A stretch of DNA of 64,000 nt from Nitrospirales bacterium (GTDB lineage Bacteria > Nitrospirota > Nitrospiria > Nitrospirales > UBA8639). Below are positions 42,186 to 52,210 of this stretch, piece after piece (within the stretch, counting starts at the first letter, position 1; every line of letters begins with the position of its first letter). The notes under the pieces were generated by a model. It made no database searches. It had not been told where the DNA came from and was given only the letters and a program-made list of their open reading frames with translations. A program made the position numbers and the translations under genes. The DNA lies in NCBI GenBank assembly GCA_963422365.1, contig OY729426.1, positions 2,112,001 to 2,176,000 on the forward strand. The letters run 5' to 3'.

Positions 42186-43340
42186 TCATCGATGCATCTT
42201 GCTCGATGCTTTACAGCCTCTCACCTGGTTGCGCAGGCGTTGCAAAACGCGATTACGGCCCTGCAGCGAGACTCGACGGTATGTAAAGAAATACAGCACC
42301 ATTTGCAGAGACAGCGCGAGAAGTGACCACTCTCGAGTAAGCGGAATCAGCAGAACGAAAACCAGACTCGTCATGGGCCCTCCCCACATCAGCACACTTG
42401 CAGCGGGATTAGCGAATCGTTCATTTTTTAATGCTTTCGCGATCCTCTTGGCAAAACTACGATAAACCAGCATGTGGAGATGGACTTTATCAGGGCGAGT
42501 TGCTTGGTGGCCGCGGCGGACTGTTTTTCGAAAGATTGAAAACCAGATTTCAATGAGAGGATACGCCAAGACCAACACGCTGACCCATGGGGAGATATCA
42601 GGATTTCGTTCAGGAAGCATGACGGCGATATACGCAAGCAAAAGACCGATGAAATAGGCCCCTCCGTCTCCCAGAAATACGTAGCCGAACGGAAAATTGA
42701 TCAACAAGAATCCCGACAACACCGCGATGATCACAACAATGAGCAGCACGAGGTCGTGGTCACCGGCCATGGAGGCCACTACCGCAAACGCGCACAGCAA
42801 AATGATGCCGGCTCCGGTCGCAAGGCCATGAAACCCATCAATAATGTTGACGGCATGTGCCAAACTGGCCACGGCGAAGACGGTAAACGGGATGGAAACG
42901 ACCTGAAACCCCATAAAACTATCGACTGCAGGAATCTCGATCCTCGACACGACACAGCCAGTGAACAGGCAAAATATCAAAGCCGAAAGTATCGTTGTAA
43001 GGAAACGCCATGTAGGGGAAACTCTTTTCGTGCAGTCTTCTGCTAGCCCGCCTACAAAAGCTGGAATGCTGCTTATGCCAAACACAAATAACAGCTCATA
43101 TATTGGTGAAGCGGTCGCGGTCGCAGCCGCCAAAAAACCCGTGAACACGGCGAGGCCGCCAACCCTCGATGTTGACGTGTCATGGAACTTCTGCGGACCC
43201 GTCAATGTATCGAACGTCACCATGCCGTGCCAGGATCTGGTCAGGCTGATCAAGACGCCGGCAACGAAAGTGACTGCAAAGCCTATGCATACCGGATACG
43301 CTATCTCTGAAAAAACGATCATTGTGAACAACAGATCCAA
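42186..43340 (-). CDS. MraY/WecA-family polyprenyl-phosphate sugar-1-P transferase
   Basis: RVGGLA, GLAED, NIIDGFHGL, FLGDGGAY, PDKVHLH; many TM helices. Confidence 0.93.
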   Translation of the reverse strand: MDLLFTMIVFSEIAYPVCIGFAVTFVAGVLISLTRSWHGMVTFDTLTGPQKFHDTSTSRVGGLAVFTGFLAAATATASPIYELLFVFGISSIPAFVGGLAEDCTKRVSPTWRFLTTILSALIFCLFTGCVVSRIEIPAVDSFMGFQVVSIPFTVFAVASLAHAVNIIDGFHGLATGAGIILLCAFAVVASMAGDHDLVLLIVVIIAVLSGFLLINFPFGYVFLGDGGAYFIGLLLAYIAVMLPERNPDISPWVSVLVLAYPLIEIWFSIFRKTVRRGHQATRPDKVHLHMLVYRSFAKRIAKALKNERFANPAASVLMWGGPMTSLVFVLLIPLTREWSLLALSLQMVLYFFTYRRVSLQGRNRVLQRLRNQVRGCKASSKMHR

Positions 43341-43938
43341 TCAAACGGCGACAAGCCTGTGCATTCCACAATGGATCGTGATCCTGCTCGCACTACATCA
43401 CGACCTTGAGGCAGCAGTTTGCAGCGAATCGGCGCTCAAGAACCGAGTCGGATACTATCTGGCGTGATTTCCATAAAGCAAGCGTCAGTGCATAAGTTCA
43501 GAACCCGTTGGCACTACGAACCAGGAGGGGTGCCATGCGATTCCAACATGTTGGCTACCGAAATCAGGGGGGGGATGGACCATATGGCCTCCTACCCTGA
43601 TGCAGGAAACCCACCGCCTGCATCCCCTCGCCCCCAACCGTAGCAACGTGAAACGTTCTGTCATCTTCACCCCTGGTGTCACCAGCATGACCTTACCCTG
43701 CCCAGCGTGTCGACCATCGGGCTCCTCACCGCCCGTGCGCCAGACAAGATGCACCATCCGCCCACCCCCCTGAGTTCTGTGCCACCTGCTCCCACCCTTG
43801 CCTCGGCCTCCAATCTCTGGCACGCCACATCGCAAAGAAGCCTCCTGGCTTCTCTATAAAGAATAGTTAGAACAAGCAAGGCTACGTGGCATAGGCAGTA
43901 TTGTTGCATCGATACCCGGAGCAAGCTATAGTTGAATC

Positions 43939-44264
43939 ATGAACGAAGCGATTGCCTTTGATACTCATAGATTTGTCAAGCGGCTGACGGCACACGGGTT
44001 TACCGAATCTCAGGCCGAGGTCCTAGCCGACGAACCGGTCAATCTACTGAACGGCAATTTGGCAACCAAACAGGGCATTGCCGCTATCCATGAAAAGATT
44101 GAGACGTTGCGGCAAGAGACCAAGAAGGATCTTGCTCTTATTCAGGCTGATTTGGAAAAGAAAGTAGCCGAGGCCAAAGTTGATACCATCAAATGGTTAA
44201 TCTGGATGTTTGGCACCACGTATGCCTTGTGATTGGCTTGCTAGCAAAAGTGCTTATGCTGTAG
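43939..44264 (+). CDS. DUF1640/CCDC90-like coiled-coil protein, probably frameshifted near the C-terminus
   Basis: AFDTHRFVKRL..GFTESQAE, LATK, IKW. The ORF stops at 44232, but hydrophobic LVIGLLAKVLML* continues in another frame to 44264. Confidence 0.8.
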
Positions 44265-44298
44265 AGAGAGGGAAACTAGTGCTTTTGAGGAGGATCCC

Positions 44299-44385
44299 CG
44301 TCATTTCCGCGAAAGCGGGAATCCGGAAAACCAGGGAAGGAATGAAGAGGTGATTTCACTGCCCCACGCTTTCGCGAGAATAACG
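44299..44385. repeat. Inverted doublet of the GTCATTCCCGCGAAAGCGGGAATCC-type repeat
   Basis: CGTCATTTCCGCGAAAGCGGGAATCC ... CACGCTTTCGCGAGAATAACG. Confidence 0.75.
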
Positions 44386-44481
44386 TCCGGCTATGTATCG
44401 CGTCAATCTTCCCGATCGTCAAAGAGACGGCAACCGGCGATCATTGGATAGAGTGACCGTGCCATCGGCACGGCAACGGAA

Positions 44482-44643
44482 ATGACAGCGATTCCGAATG
44501 GCCGACCGACAAGGGCGTTGCGCTCGGCTGAGCCGGTCGATCGCAAGCTGAAGAAATTGATCTACCTCAAGCTGTTCCTCAACGTGTGGACCATGCGCAA
44601 ATCGGTGCTCATCGCGTTGTTCATTGTCACGCTGGACTATTAG
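44482..44643 (+). CDS. Possible 53-aa membrane peptide or gene remnant
   Basis: MTAIPNGRPTRALRSAEPVDRKLKKLIYLKLFLNVWTMRKSVLIALFIVTLDY; third positions are GC-biased. Confidence 0.35.
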   Translation: MTAIPNGRPTRALRSAEPVDRKLKKLIYLKLFLNVWTMRKSVLIALFIVTLDY

Positions 44644-44869
44644 GGCGTTTGGGTTGCTGTGCCTCAGGTCCTCTCTCCACCCACATTGACCTATAGCAGG
44701 ATTATCCCGTTTAACTTTACAGGGGTGGATCAGGGGCAATATCCCAATAGGTGCCGATCTATATAATAGCCCCTAGCCTACTGGCGACAGCATCAACGGG
44801 CTGGCGCACGGGAACAGTGGGGTACAGCAAGAATACAAGATCCTTGCTTCCTGATATTGGGCAGGAAGA

Positions 44870-44958
44870 TGGTGCTGGAGGCCGGACTTGAACCGGCACG
44901 CCTCTTTCGAAGCACGGGATTTTAAGTCCCGGGTGTCTGCCTATTCCACCACTCCAGC
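44870..44958 (-). tRNA. tRNA-Leu(TAA)
   Basis: GCTGGAG/CTCCAGC acceptor stem, CGGGA-CTTAAAA-TCCCG anticodon arm, long variable arm, CCA. Confidence 0.97.
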
Positions 44959-45054
44959 ACAGAGAGAGATCAATCTACCATCACGCTACTGGAGTGGCAA
45001 GAATGCCAGCAAGAGCAGACCATATTAAGGAATCTTATGTCGTTACAAAAATCA

Positions 45055-45150
45055 GGCAGCATGAGATGCTTGCAGCCATAACTTATCGGCATACGGGCAG
45101 CGTAAGACGCGGCAGTTAGATCAATGATTTATTGTAGCGACGCTATCCCC
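45055..45150. repeat. Cluster of degenerate GTAG-type REP units
   Basis: GGCAGCATGAGATGCTTGC, GGCAGCGTAAGACGCGGC, GTAGCGACGC. Confidence 0.45.
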
Positions 45151-45263
45151 GCTCGGAGGCAAGGACATGCCTTAGGGTGCCTTTCGTTACGCCACGGTCA
45201 ACAAACGGCACTGAACCCTAGGACCAAACGGTGGCTCGGAATGATACGTGCTCTCTGGTTCTG

Positions 45264-46271
45264 TCAGGAACACAGCACGTGCTTCTGATACCAGGTCCAG
45301 AACTGACTCACGCCTTCTCTCACCGACCATTGAGAATTATAATCCAATAATGCTCTCGCCTTGGAAACATCGGCATGGGTGTAGGCAATATCAACCTCCG
45401 GCATTGGTGCCGAAACCAGGCTGGCCTTTCGTCCGGTGCATTCTTCGATCGCGTGCACAAACTCCGTCAGGAACACCGGTTCTCCTCTCCCGAGATTCAC
45501 TATTTCATATCCAAGCGACCGGTCGACCGCATTGACCACTCCCTGAACAATATCGGCCACGAAGGTCCAGTCACGGTGTATCTGCCCTGCATTGTAGAGG
45601 GGAACGTCACGCGCAAAAAAGATATTGTCTAATACCTTATAGGCCATCATATCCGGACGTCCCCGTGGCCCATACACCGTGAAAAACCGTAGAGCGGTAA
45701 ACGGCAACCCATACACGTGATGATACGAATGGCCCAACAGTTCCCCAGCCTTTTTGCTGGCCGCATAGGGGGCAAACGGTCGATCACATGGATCGTGTTC
45801 TTTAAAGGGTATGTGTTGGGTCTTGCCATACACCGACGAGGTAGACGCAAACACAAAAGTGGGGAACGAGGGACGCTGGACTTGACTCCCAATCTTTCCG
45901 ACGGCGGCATCCAGCACATTCAGCGTTCCATTTATATTCACGTCGCAATAGAGATGGGGATTCTCAATCGAAACCCGAACACCGGCCATAGCCGCCAAGT
46001 GAACGATCCCCTCAATTTCATAGGTTGAAAATATTTTTGCCACGGTGTCTTGGTGTCGAATGTCCCCTTCGATAAACGTAAAGAACTCCGCGTGGCCACT
46101 CTGTGTCAAAGCCCCTTTAACTTCTTCGACATTGGCTCGTTTTCTTGCCGGATCATAATAATCGTTGAGGTTATCCAACCCCACGACCCAATCCCCGCGT
46201 GTCGCAAGCGCCTCGACCGTATGGCTTCCGATAAATCCGGCTGCCCCTGTCACGAGTATGGTTTTACTCAA
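45264..46271 (-). CDS. NAD-dependent epimerase (UDP-glucuronate 4-epimerase-like)
   Basis: TGAAGFIG, HLAAMAGVR, YAASK, RFFTVYGPRGRPDM. Confidence 0.93.
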   Translation of the reverse strand: MSKTILVTGAAGFIGSHTVEALATRGDWVVGLDNLNDYYDPARKRANVEEVKGALTQSGHAEFFTFIEGDIRHQDTVAKIFSTYEIEGIVHLAAMAGVRVSIENPHLYCDVNINGTLNVLDAAVGKIGSQVQRPSFPTFVFASTSSVYGKTQHIPFKEHDPCDRPFAPYAASKKAGELLGHSYHHVYGLPFTALRFFTVYGPRGRPDMMAYKVLDNIFFARDVPLYNAGQIHRDWTFVADIVQGVVNAVDRSLGYEIVNLGRGEPVFLTEFVHAIEECTGRKASLVSAPMPEVDIAYTHADVSKARALLDYNSQWSVREGVSQFWTWYQKHVLCS

Positions 46272-46339
46272 GTTACGAGATTCTCCATATTGTGCGATTT
46301 GTACCCCAAGGGTACAATGCCATCGTTCTTAAAAGCTTT

Positions 46340-46636
46340 ATGAGCACTCTTCCCTCAACAGAAGTGACTGAAGTCACGAAAAAAGCAACTGAACTAGACG
46401 CCGGACGTGACTTTGAAGCCGAAGTGATCGTTTACAACTGCAATTGTCATACGTATCAACAAGTCATCGATCTGTTTTGTCTGTATATTCCCGGCATGAC
46501 TTCATCCAAAGCCTTTGAGTTGGCTTGGCGAATCGATCATCATGGAAAGTCCCAAGTCTATCAAGGGACTCAAAAGTCGGCTGAAGAGATCGCAAATAAA
46601 CTTGCGGCCGGTGGGTTGCAAGTTGAAGTTCGCTAA
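46340..46636 (+). CDS. clpS: ClpS-like adaptor protein (variant pocket)
   Basis: VIVYNCNCHTYQQV, AFELAWRIDHHGKSQV, AEEIANKLAAGGL. Confidence 0.8.
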   Translation: MSTLPSTEVTEVTKKATELDAGRDFEAEVIVYNCNCHTYQQVIDLFCLYIPGMTSSKAFELAWRIDHHGKSQVYQGTQKSAEEIANKLAAGGLQVEVR

Positions 46637-46760
46637 ACAATTTCTTTCTATGATCGCTCTATGTCCTCTTGCGCCGAATTGAAACTTCGTTCGTTTCCCC
46701 TGCATTGAAAATCGGATAGTCCTTTTTCCAACGGTTATCAAAACATCATGGTTGGTGAGA

Positions 46761-47402
46761 TTATTTCGCTTTTGGTTTCGAGGTCGGTTTCAACTTTGAC
46801 TTCCTTGTAACCTTGGCTTTTGATTGAGCGTGAGATCGAGGCTGCACCTTGAATAGACGTCCTGGACGTCGATTATCTGCGCATGACACGTTTTTTTTCG
46901 ATGAAGGTGTGGGCGTAGCCTTGCGAGAAACACTTTTCGTGGAAAGTTGACCCTTGCCCATCGTCTTCGATTTGCGAACGGGCTTGGGCGATGCTTTGCT
47001 TTTAGACTTTGTTTGAATGTTAGGAGAATTTTTCGGTTTTGTTTTCGAACGAGTCGGCTGCGGCGGTGTAGCTTTTGCCAAGGTCCGGGACCGGACAACC
47101 TTCGAAACTGAGGACCGTGTGATTTTCTGTGTAGTTCCATGTTTTTTTGTCGCAACCTTATCTTTTTTGACAGTTTTAGGCTTAGAAGTCGGAATCGTTC
47201 CTTTAGGCTTAGGAGAACTGAGAACCGGAAGAGATTTGCGAATTTTTAGAGATTTGAGACTCTCCCCACTATACACTCGAACTTGATACAACTCCATGAG
47301 TTGCTTCACGGCTTTTAGGTCCCCTTTGCGAGCCAGCACCAGCAAATGCCGACGCTGATTCATCTCCTCTTCTTCAGTATGGGATGCAACTCGCCTCTCC
47401 AT
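46761..47402 (-). CDS. Lys/Ser/Pro-rich basic protein (histone H1-like tail)
   Basis: Short helical N-terminus followed by a long K/S/P/T low-complexity tail. Confidence 0.7.
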   Translation of the reverse strand: MERRVASHTEEEEMNQRRHLLVLARKGDLKAVKQLMELYQVRVYSGESLKSLKIRKSLPVLSSPKPKGTIPTSKPKTVKKDKVATKKHGTTQKITRSSVSKVVRSRTLAKATPPQPTRSKTKPKNSPNIQTKSKSKASPKPVRKSKTMGKGQLSTKSVSRKATPTPSSKKNVSCADNRRPGRLFKVQPRSHAQSKAKVTRKSKLKPTSKPKAK

Positions 47403-47507
47403 ATCTGCCTTACGGTATCTCCACTATGGGTAGAACAGCCTTTTTTGTAGAAAATAGTGAGCGCGCGTCGACTATGGGATCCTCTTTCTGGATAAGGGTC
47501 CAGTCAG

Positions 47508-47696
47508 TTATTGTTTCTTGTTAAAAACCACAGCATCACACGAAAAATACTTTAATTGTTTTAAGGGGATAATAATGACCTCCTTAGAAGTATCAATTTC
47601 CAAGATTTCCATATCATCGCTGATCGTATGACGAAGGGCATCGCTGACCATGAGTTCCTGATTATCGGTAAACACCACTTTCACCCAATACTGCAC
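47508..47696 (-). CDS. Small hypothetical protein
   Basis: 62 aa; AAGGAG SD before GTG; beta-rich. Confidence 0.75.
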   Translation of the reverse strand: MQYWVKVVFTDNQELMVSDALRHTISDDMEILEIDTSKEVIIIPLKQLKYFSCDAVVFNKKQ

Positions 47697-47766
47697 AATG
47701 GACTCCTTTCTTTTCTTCGCGCCCTCTCAAATTCCACCTTACCCACTTACCCAACACGATTCTCCA

Positions 47767-48660
47767 TCATAGGCCTTGACGTCCACCGCCTAACGCCGTT
47801 CGCTTAACCGACGGAGTGACCGGGGAGGATTTGGAGCGAATAGCCTGCTGTCCTAATTCCTTACAACGAATAGTCGCGCTCTCAACGGCGCTTATCACTG
47901 TCCCGCGCAGTTGCCCCTTCTCGAGTCGGTGCAATCCGGCAATGGTTGTCCCGCCTGGTGAAGCCACTCGGTCCTTTAAGACTCCAGGATGTTCCTTCGT
48001 TTCAATGACCATCTTTGCCGCACCCAAGACCGTTTGCGCCGCCAGTCGTTGTGCTTGAGAGCGGGACAGCCCCATTTTCACCCCCCCATCGGCCAAGGCC
48101 TCGATAAACAGATACACATACGCCGCCCCCCCGCCACTGAGACCAGTCACCGCATCCAAATGCGATTCATCAACCACAACGACTTGCCCTATCGCCTCGA
48201 ATACCGCCTGAGCCATTTCCATTTGTTCGACCGTCACTCCCGGGCCACCAGCCAAGGCAGTCGCGCCTTCTAAAACAAGAGCAGGGGTGTTAGGCATGGC
48301 CCGAACCACACGAGCATCCTGATACAATCCAGAAATAATGGTCTCGATAGGAACCCCTGCTGCAACGGTAACAATGAGTTGCTCAGCACCAGGAGATAAA
48401 TTCAGCTCACCTAAAACATTATTCATAACTTGAGGTTTTATTGATAGTATAATGATATCACTGGACTTAGCAAATTTTTGGTTATCCTGACCGACTCGGA
48501 CCTTAAAGGTCTTCTGAAAATGGGCTAGCCGTCGGGAATCCACATCCGTGGCATAAATCTGGCCAGCATTGACTACACCTTTTTTCAATAAACCGGAAAC
48601 AATGGCTTCCGCCATGTTCCCCGCACCAATAATTGATATTTTTTTTCTTTTCAGCATCAT
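47767..48660 (-). CDS. proC: Pyrroline-5-carboxylate reductase
   Basis: IGAGNMA, RAMPNTP, TGLSG, VASPGGTT. Confidence 0.97.
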   Translation of the reverse strand: MMLKRKKISIIGAGNMAEAIVSGLLKKGVVNAGQIYATDVDSRRLAHFQKTFKVRVGQDNQKFAKSSDIIILSIKPQVMNNVLGELNLSPGAEQLIVTVAAGVPIETIISGLYQDARVVRAMPNTPALVLEGATALAGGPGVTVEQMEMAQAVFEAIGQVVVVDESHLDAVTGLSGGGAAYVYLFIEALADGGVKMGLSRSQAQRLAAQTVLGAAKMVIETKEHPGVLKDRVASPGGTTIAGLHRLEKGQLRGTVISAVESATIRCKELGQQAIRSKSSPVTPSVKRTALGGGRQGL

Positions 48661-48827
48661 TTTTGGGAGTATATCTCGGATCTTAGGCCTATTCAACTCA
48701 TCAACTAATTGTACCTTTACCCATCTTCGATCAAATAAGAATTTCAAAAAAAGCTTGCTGTTTTTTTATGGTCCAGCGTATAGTAAAAAATACGGATAAG
48801 TAGCCACCCTGTACTGCATGCCACCCC

Positions 48828-49961
48828 ATGCGATCATGCGCCAAGGGGCTCCTCATGAAAAATTGTCCATTTGTGTTCATAATCTGTGCGATCTTTAGCG
48901 TATCAGTCGCCTTGGTTCCTCAAAGTGTTGCTCGCCGAACCCACATAACGCCAGAGCAAAAGCAACAACTTCAAAAGGCTCAGCGTGTATTCGTGAATGC
49001 CCTTGCTCTTACCGAAAAGGGACGAACCGACCCCAAACATCTTCAAACTCTCGTCTCTCAACGGCTACAAGAAGTTGGATTTTCCGTGATCGTTGATCGA
49101 CAACAAGCCCATGATGTCGAATTCAAAGTAAAATGTGAAGAGCGAAAAACTTGGACTGGAACTACCGCAGAAGGAGGCGATGCCGAACTCTTTGACGCGC
49201 CATCGCGCCTTTGGAAAGGACCAGCGTGTTTGTTGACCTATTTGCTTAATGGGCAAAACCTCGGATGGTATAAGGAAGTCAGGACGTCTTTCCAGGATGC
49301 CATGCAAATCGCAAAATCGGCAGGTGCCAAAGATGCGGGAGTCTATGCACTCGACCGATTAGCCGAACGCCTCAGACAATACGACTTCCCTGTTCTGCTG
49401 GCAGCAGAATGGGGACAACCCGATCTGCTCATGAAGCTTATCGACACTCCCACGACTCCGAAAATCCGGAAACTCTTTATTCTCTCGGCATTGAGTGAAA
49501 TAGAAGCCGAAACAGCACTCCCTCGTTTAACAAAGCTGATGCAAGATAAGGATTTGGTGCAAGAAGCCGTGGAGGCCCTCACGGGCGTAGGAGAAGACTC
49601 TATTCCTTTTCTCACCGATTTATTTCAATCTTCGACTCAGTCTGAGATTCAAGCTGCAGCAGCTAAAGCTTTGGGTGACGTGGCAGGGCGGAGTGGAAAC
49701 CCAACGGCCATTCCCCCGCTTCTTAACTATCTCAAAAACACCTTAAAAAACTTCAACACCTCAGCCGATATTAATTTTCCTGTCTTAACCGAAGTCGTCT
49801 GGAGCCTCGGCAAACTGAGAGATGAGAATTCTCTCGGACCCATGGATGAACTGAATCAAAAGATCTGGTTGATTAACGATCATTCAAAAGAAATGGCAAA
49901 CCTTCGAGAAGCTGCAAATTGGACGTATAAACAACTCGACCTGGATGGACATGTGAGTTAA
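48828..49961 (+). CDS. Secreted HEAT-repeat protein, paralog 1
   Basis: Signal peptide, ARRTH, HEAT-like IQAAAAKALG and EVVWSLGKL. Confidence 0.85.
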   Translation: MRSCAKGLLMKNCPFVFIICAIFSVSVALVPQSVARRTHITPEQKQQLQKAQRVFVNALALTEKGRTDPKHLQTLVSQRLQEVGFSVIVDRQQAHDVEFKVKCEERKTWTGTTAEGGDAELFDAPSRLWKGPACLLTYLLNGQNLGWYKEVRTSFQDAMQIAKSAGAKDAGVYALDRLAERLRQYDFPVLLAAEWGQPDLLMKLIDTPTTPKIRKLFILSALSEIEAETALPRLTKLMQDKDLVQEAVEALTGVGEDSIPFLTDLFQSSTQSEIQAAAAKALGDVAGRSGNPTAIPPLLNYLKNTLKNFNTSADINFPVLTEVVWSLGKLRDENSLGPMDELNQKIWLINDHSKEMANLREAANWTYKQLDLDGHVS

Positions 49962-50151
49962 TCAGACTGACTCAAAACGCTTCATCCACGTCTCACGACG
50001 GCAATCTGCATCATACTCGTCGGCATAATCCCACGAGAGAGGCCCCGAGATCCCTCTTTCCATTCAGACTTATTATCCGGTACGATTCAGCCCTCAACAG
50101 ATATTCGCCTGTTTTCCAAATGTACCCTGATTCCTGTCAGGAGGATTCATA

Positions 50152-51252
50152 ATGCAATATCTATCTGGAATACTCATTTGCGTCTTTCTTTTGGCCTGTG
50201 CAACCGAAAGTCTGGCACGCCGAACCCATATGACAACCGAGCAAAAGACGCAATTAGCGAATATCAAGACTATATACCTCAATATCCTGGCGCTGACGGA
50301 AAACGGACAGGTTCCTCCCGCCGAGCTATTGGAAACGGTAAAGACCCGACTCGAGGCCATTGGATACAAAACCGTGCCCAACCGAAAAGAAGCTCATGAT
50401 GTAGAATTTCGAGTCAAATGCGAAGAACGAAAACGGTGGTCAGGCACCACACGTTCGGGTGGGGATGCGGAATTAGCCGATGCTCCTGCTCGACTGTGGA
50501 CAGGGCCAGCCTGTCTCTTTACTTATCGACTCAACGGTCAGGATTTAGGTTGGTATAAAGAAACGCGAACCGATTTCGTGGATGCCTATGCCGCAGCTCA
50601 AAAAGCCAAAGCCAAAAGCTCCGGACGGTACGCCATGGAACAATTAAACCTGAAATTACAGGAATTCGATTTTCCGGTCATGGTCGCCACGGAATGGGGA
50701 CATACCGACCGTTTGGCCGAACTCTTGAAAAATCCGGATACGGATACACGCCGTAAACTTCGAATTCTTTCAACCCTTTCGCGGGTCCAATCAAAACACG
50801 CCTTTCCCCATTTAGTGAAATTGGCCAGAGACGAAAATGCCGAATATGCCGAAGAAGCGATTATCGCCTTGGCTGGACTCGGTAGCTCAGCAACCCCCAT
50901 ACTCACAGATATTTTCATCACGACAAAAAAATCAAAAATTCAAGCAGCCGCAGCCAAGGGGCTGGGATTAATCGGCGCCCACACTGGCGACCCTCATATT
51001 ACCCCACCGTTACTCGATTATCTCAATAAAAATTTGGAAGATATGGACGAGTCATCGGACATTGATTTTTCAGTGCTCACCGAAGTGGTTTGGTCAATTG
51101 CCAAGCTCCGAAATGAAAAATCCATCGAACCAATCGAGCAACTCAACATTAAAATTTGGCTCATTCGAGATACATCAGACGAAATGAGAAAACTTCGAGA
51201 AGCCGCGAATGTTGCCACTAAAATGGTAGATCTCGACTATCAAATCATGTAG
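50152..51252 (+). CDS. Secreted HEAT-repeat protein, paralog 2
   Basis: Collinear with 48828 (HDVEF.VKCEERK, GGDAEL.DAP.RLW.GPACL, LNGQ.LGWYKE); AGGAGG SD. Confidence 0.85.
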   Translation: MQYLSGILICVFLLACATESLARRTHMTTEQKTQLANIKTIYLNILALTENGQVPPAELLETVKTRLEAIGYKTVPNRKEAHDVEFRVKCEERKRWSGTTRSGGDAELADAPARLWTGPACLFTYRLNGQDLGWYKETRTDFVDAYAAAQKAKAKSSGRYAMEQLNLKLQEFDFPVMVATEWGHTDRLAELLKNPDTDTRRKLRILSTLSRVQSKHAFPHLVKLARDENAEYAEEAIIALAGLGSSATPILTDIFITTKKSKIQAAAAKGLGLIGAHTGDPHITPPLLDYLNKNLEDMDESSDIDFSVLTEVVWSIAKLRNEKSIEPIEQLNIKIWLIRDTSDEMRKLREAANVATKMVDLDYQIM

Positions 51253-51414
51253 CCTCCGATTGGAGGTTATACAAAACCACCGGCAGGACTCCCTTCTGTG
51301 GGCCTCGAACAAGGGAGGCCTCTTCTTGCCCCTTTCTCTCTTATCCTAAGCGGATCCAGATAAATTCCCTGTGGTACGTACGACCTTCGATCGAGCAACA
51401 CTAAAGAACCTGTC

Positions 51415-51786
51415 TTGTCTTCCCTGCACCTTCACCGTGCTATCCTGTTTGTCTATGCTCCATCTAGTGGGCTCAAAGCAACCAGGGCTCAGAGAGAACT
51501 CACACGGCTCCAAATGCAGACTCAAGAATCTATAGAGCGCAAGGGGAACGCTCAGGGCGCAGCCATTCGTATTGTCAGAGCCGACTTATTGGCTTCTCAG
51601 CTCAGCAAGCAACAGGCGACTGAAACCGATCAACCGCCCTATCGGCTCATGGTCGGTGTTTTTCGAACCCAAGAACAGGTGTATCGTGTCATTACACTTT
51701 TTCAACAGAGCGGAGAATACACCCAGTCTCTTCCGGAATCTGTATTCTGCTCACCCTGGGCAGACAACATGCCATCCAAGCACTAG
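51415..51786 (+). other. Possible SPOR-domain remnant
   Basis: PYRLMVGVFRTQEQV resembles the SPOR Y.VQVGAF motif; no clear start. Confidence 0.3.
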
Positions 51787-52110
51787 CTCCAAGGGCGATG
51801 GCTGTGGGCGACGTCGGCAATATTACCGGTCCCAACCGTAGCCGATCTGCCGTCATGAGTGCGTTGAAAGGTTTGACCTCCCCTTCGCCGCCATGGTCAC
51901 TCTTTTCAAACAGCAGCAAGCGATACAGAGCCACGGCCTCGATGGTGGCGTTGACCGCGGTGCGGGAGAGGCGGATGACGGGGCCTTGGCTGATCTGTTG
52001 GAGAAACCCAAAATTTCATGCAAAGACAATAAGAGGGGGATCGTAGAGTCATGATGAGAGAAAACCCTGCAATCATGCTACCATGGACGTCCGTCAGAAA
52101 AACCTGTCCG
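51770..52110 (-). pseudogene. Alanine/glycine:cation symporter (AlsT/AgcS) N-terminal remnant
   Basis: GEVKPFNALMTA / SATVGTGNIADVA / AIALG lie across frames and match the family signature ALAATVGTGNIAGVATAI. Confidence 0.75.
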
Positions 52111-52210
52111 AACAGTTTGTCGATTCGAACGCAATTCAAAAGAATGGCAAATACACCCACGTAAACAGGGAACCGTTACGCGTTGGGATGATCAAGAAGG
52201 AGGAGAACCC

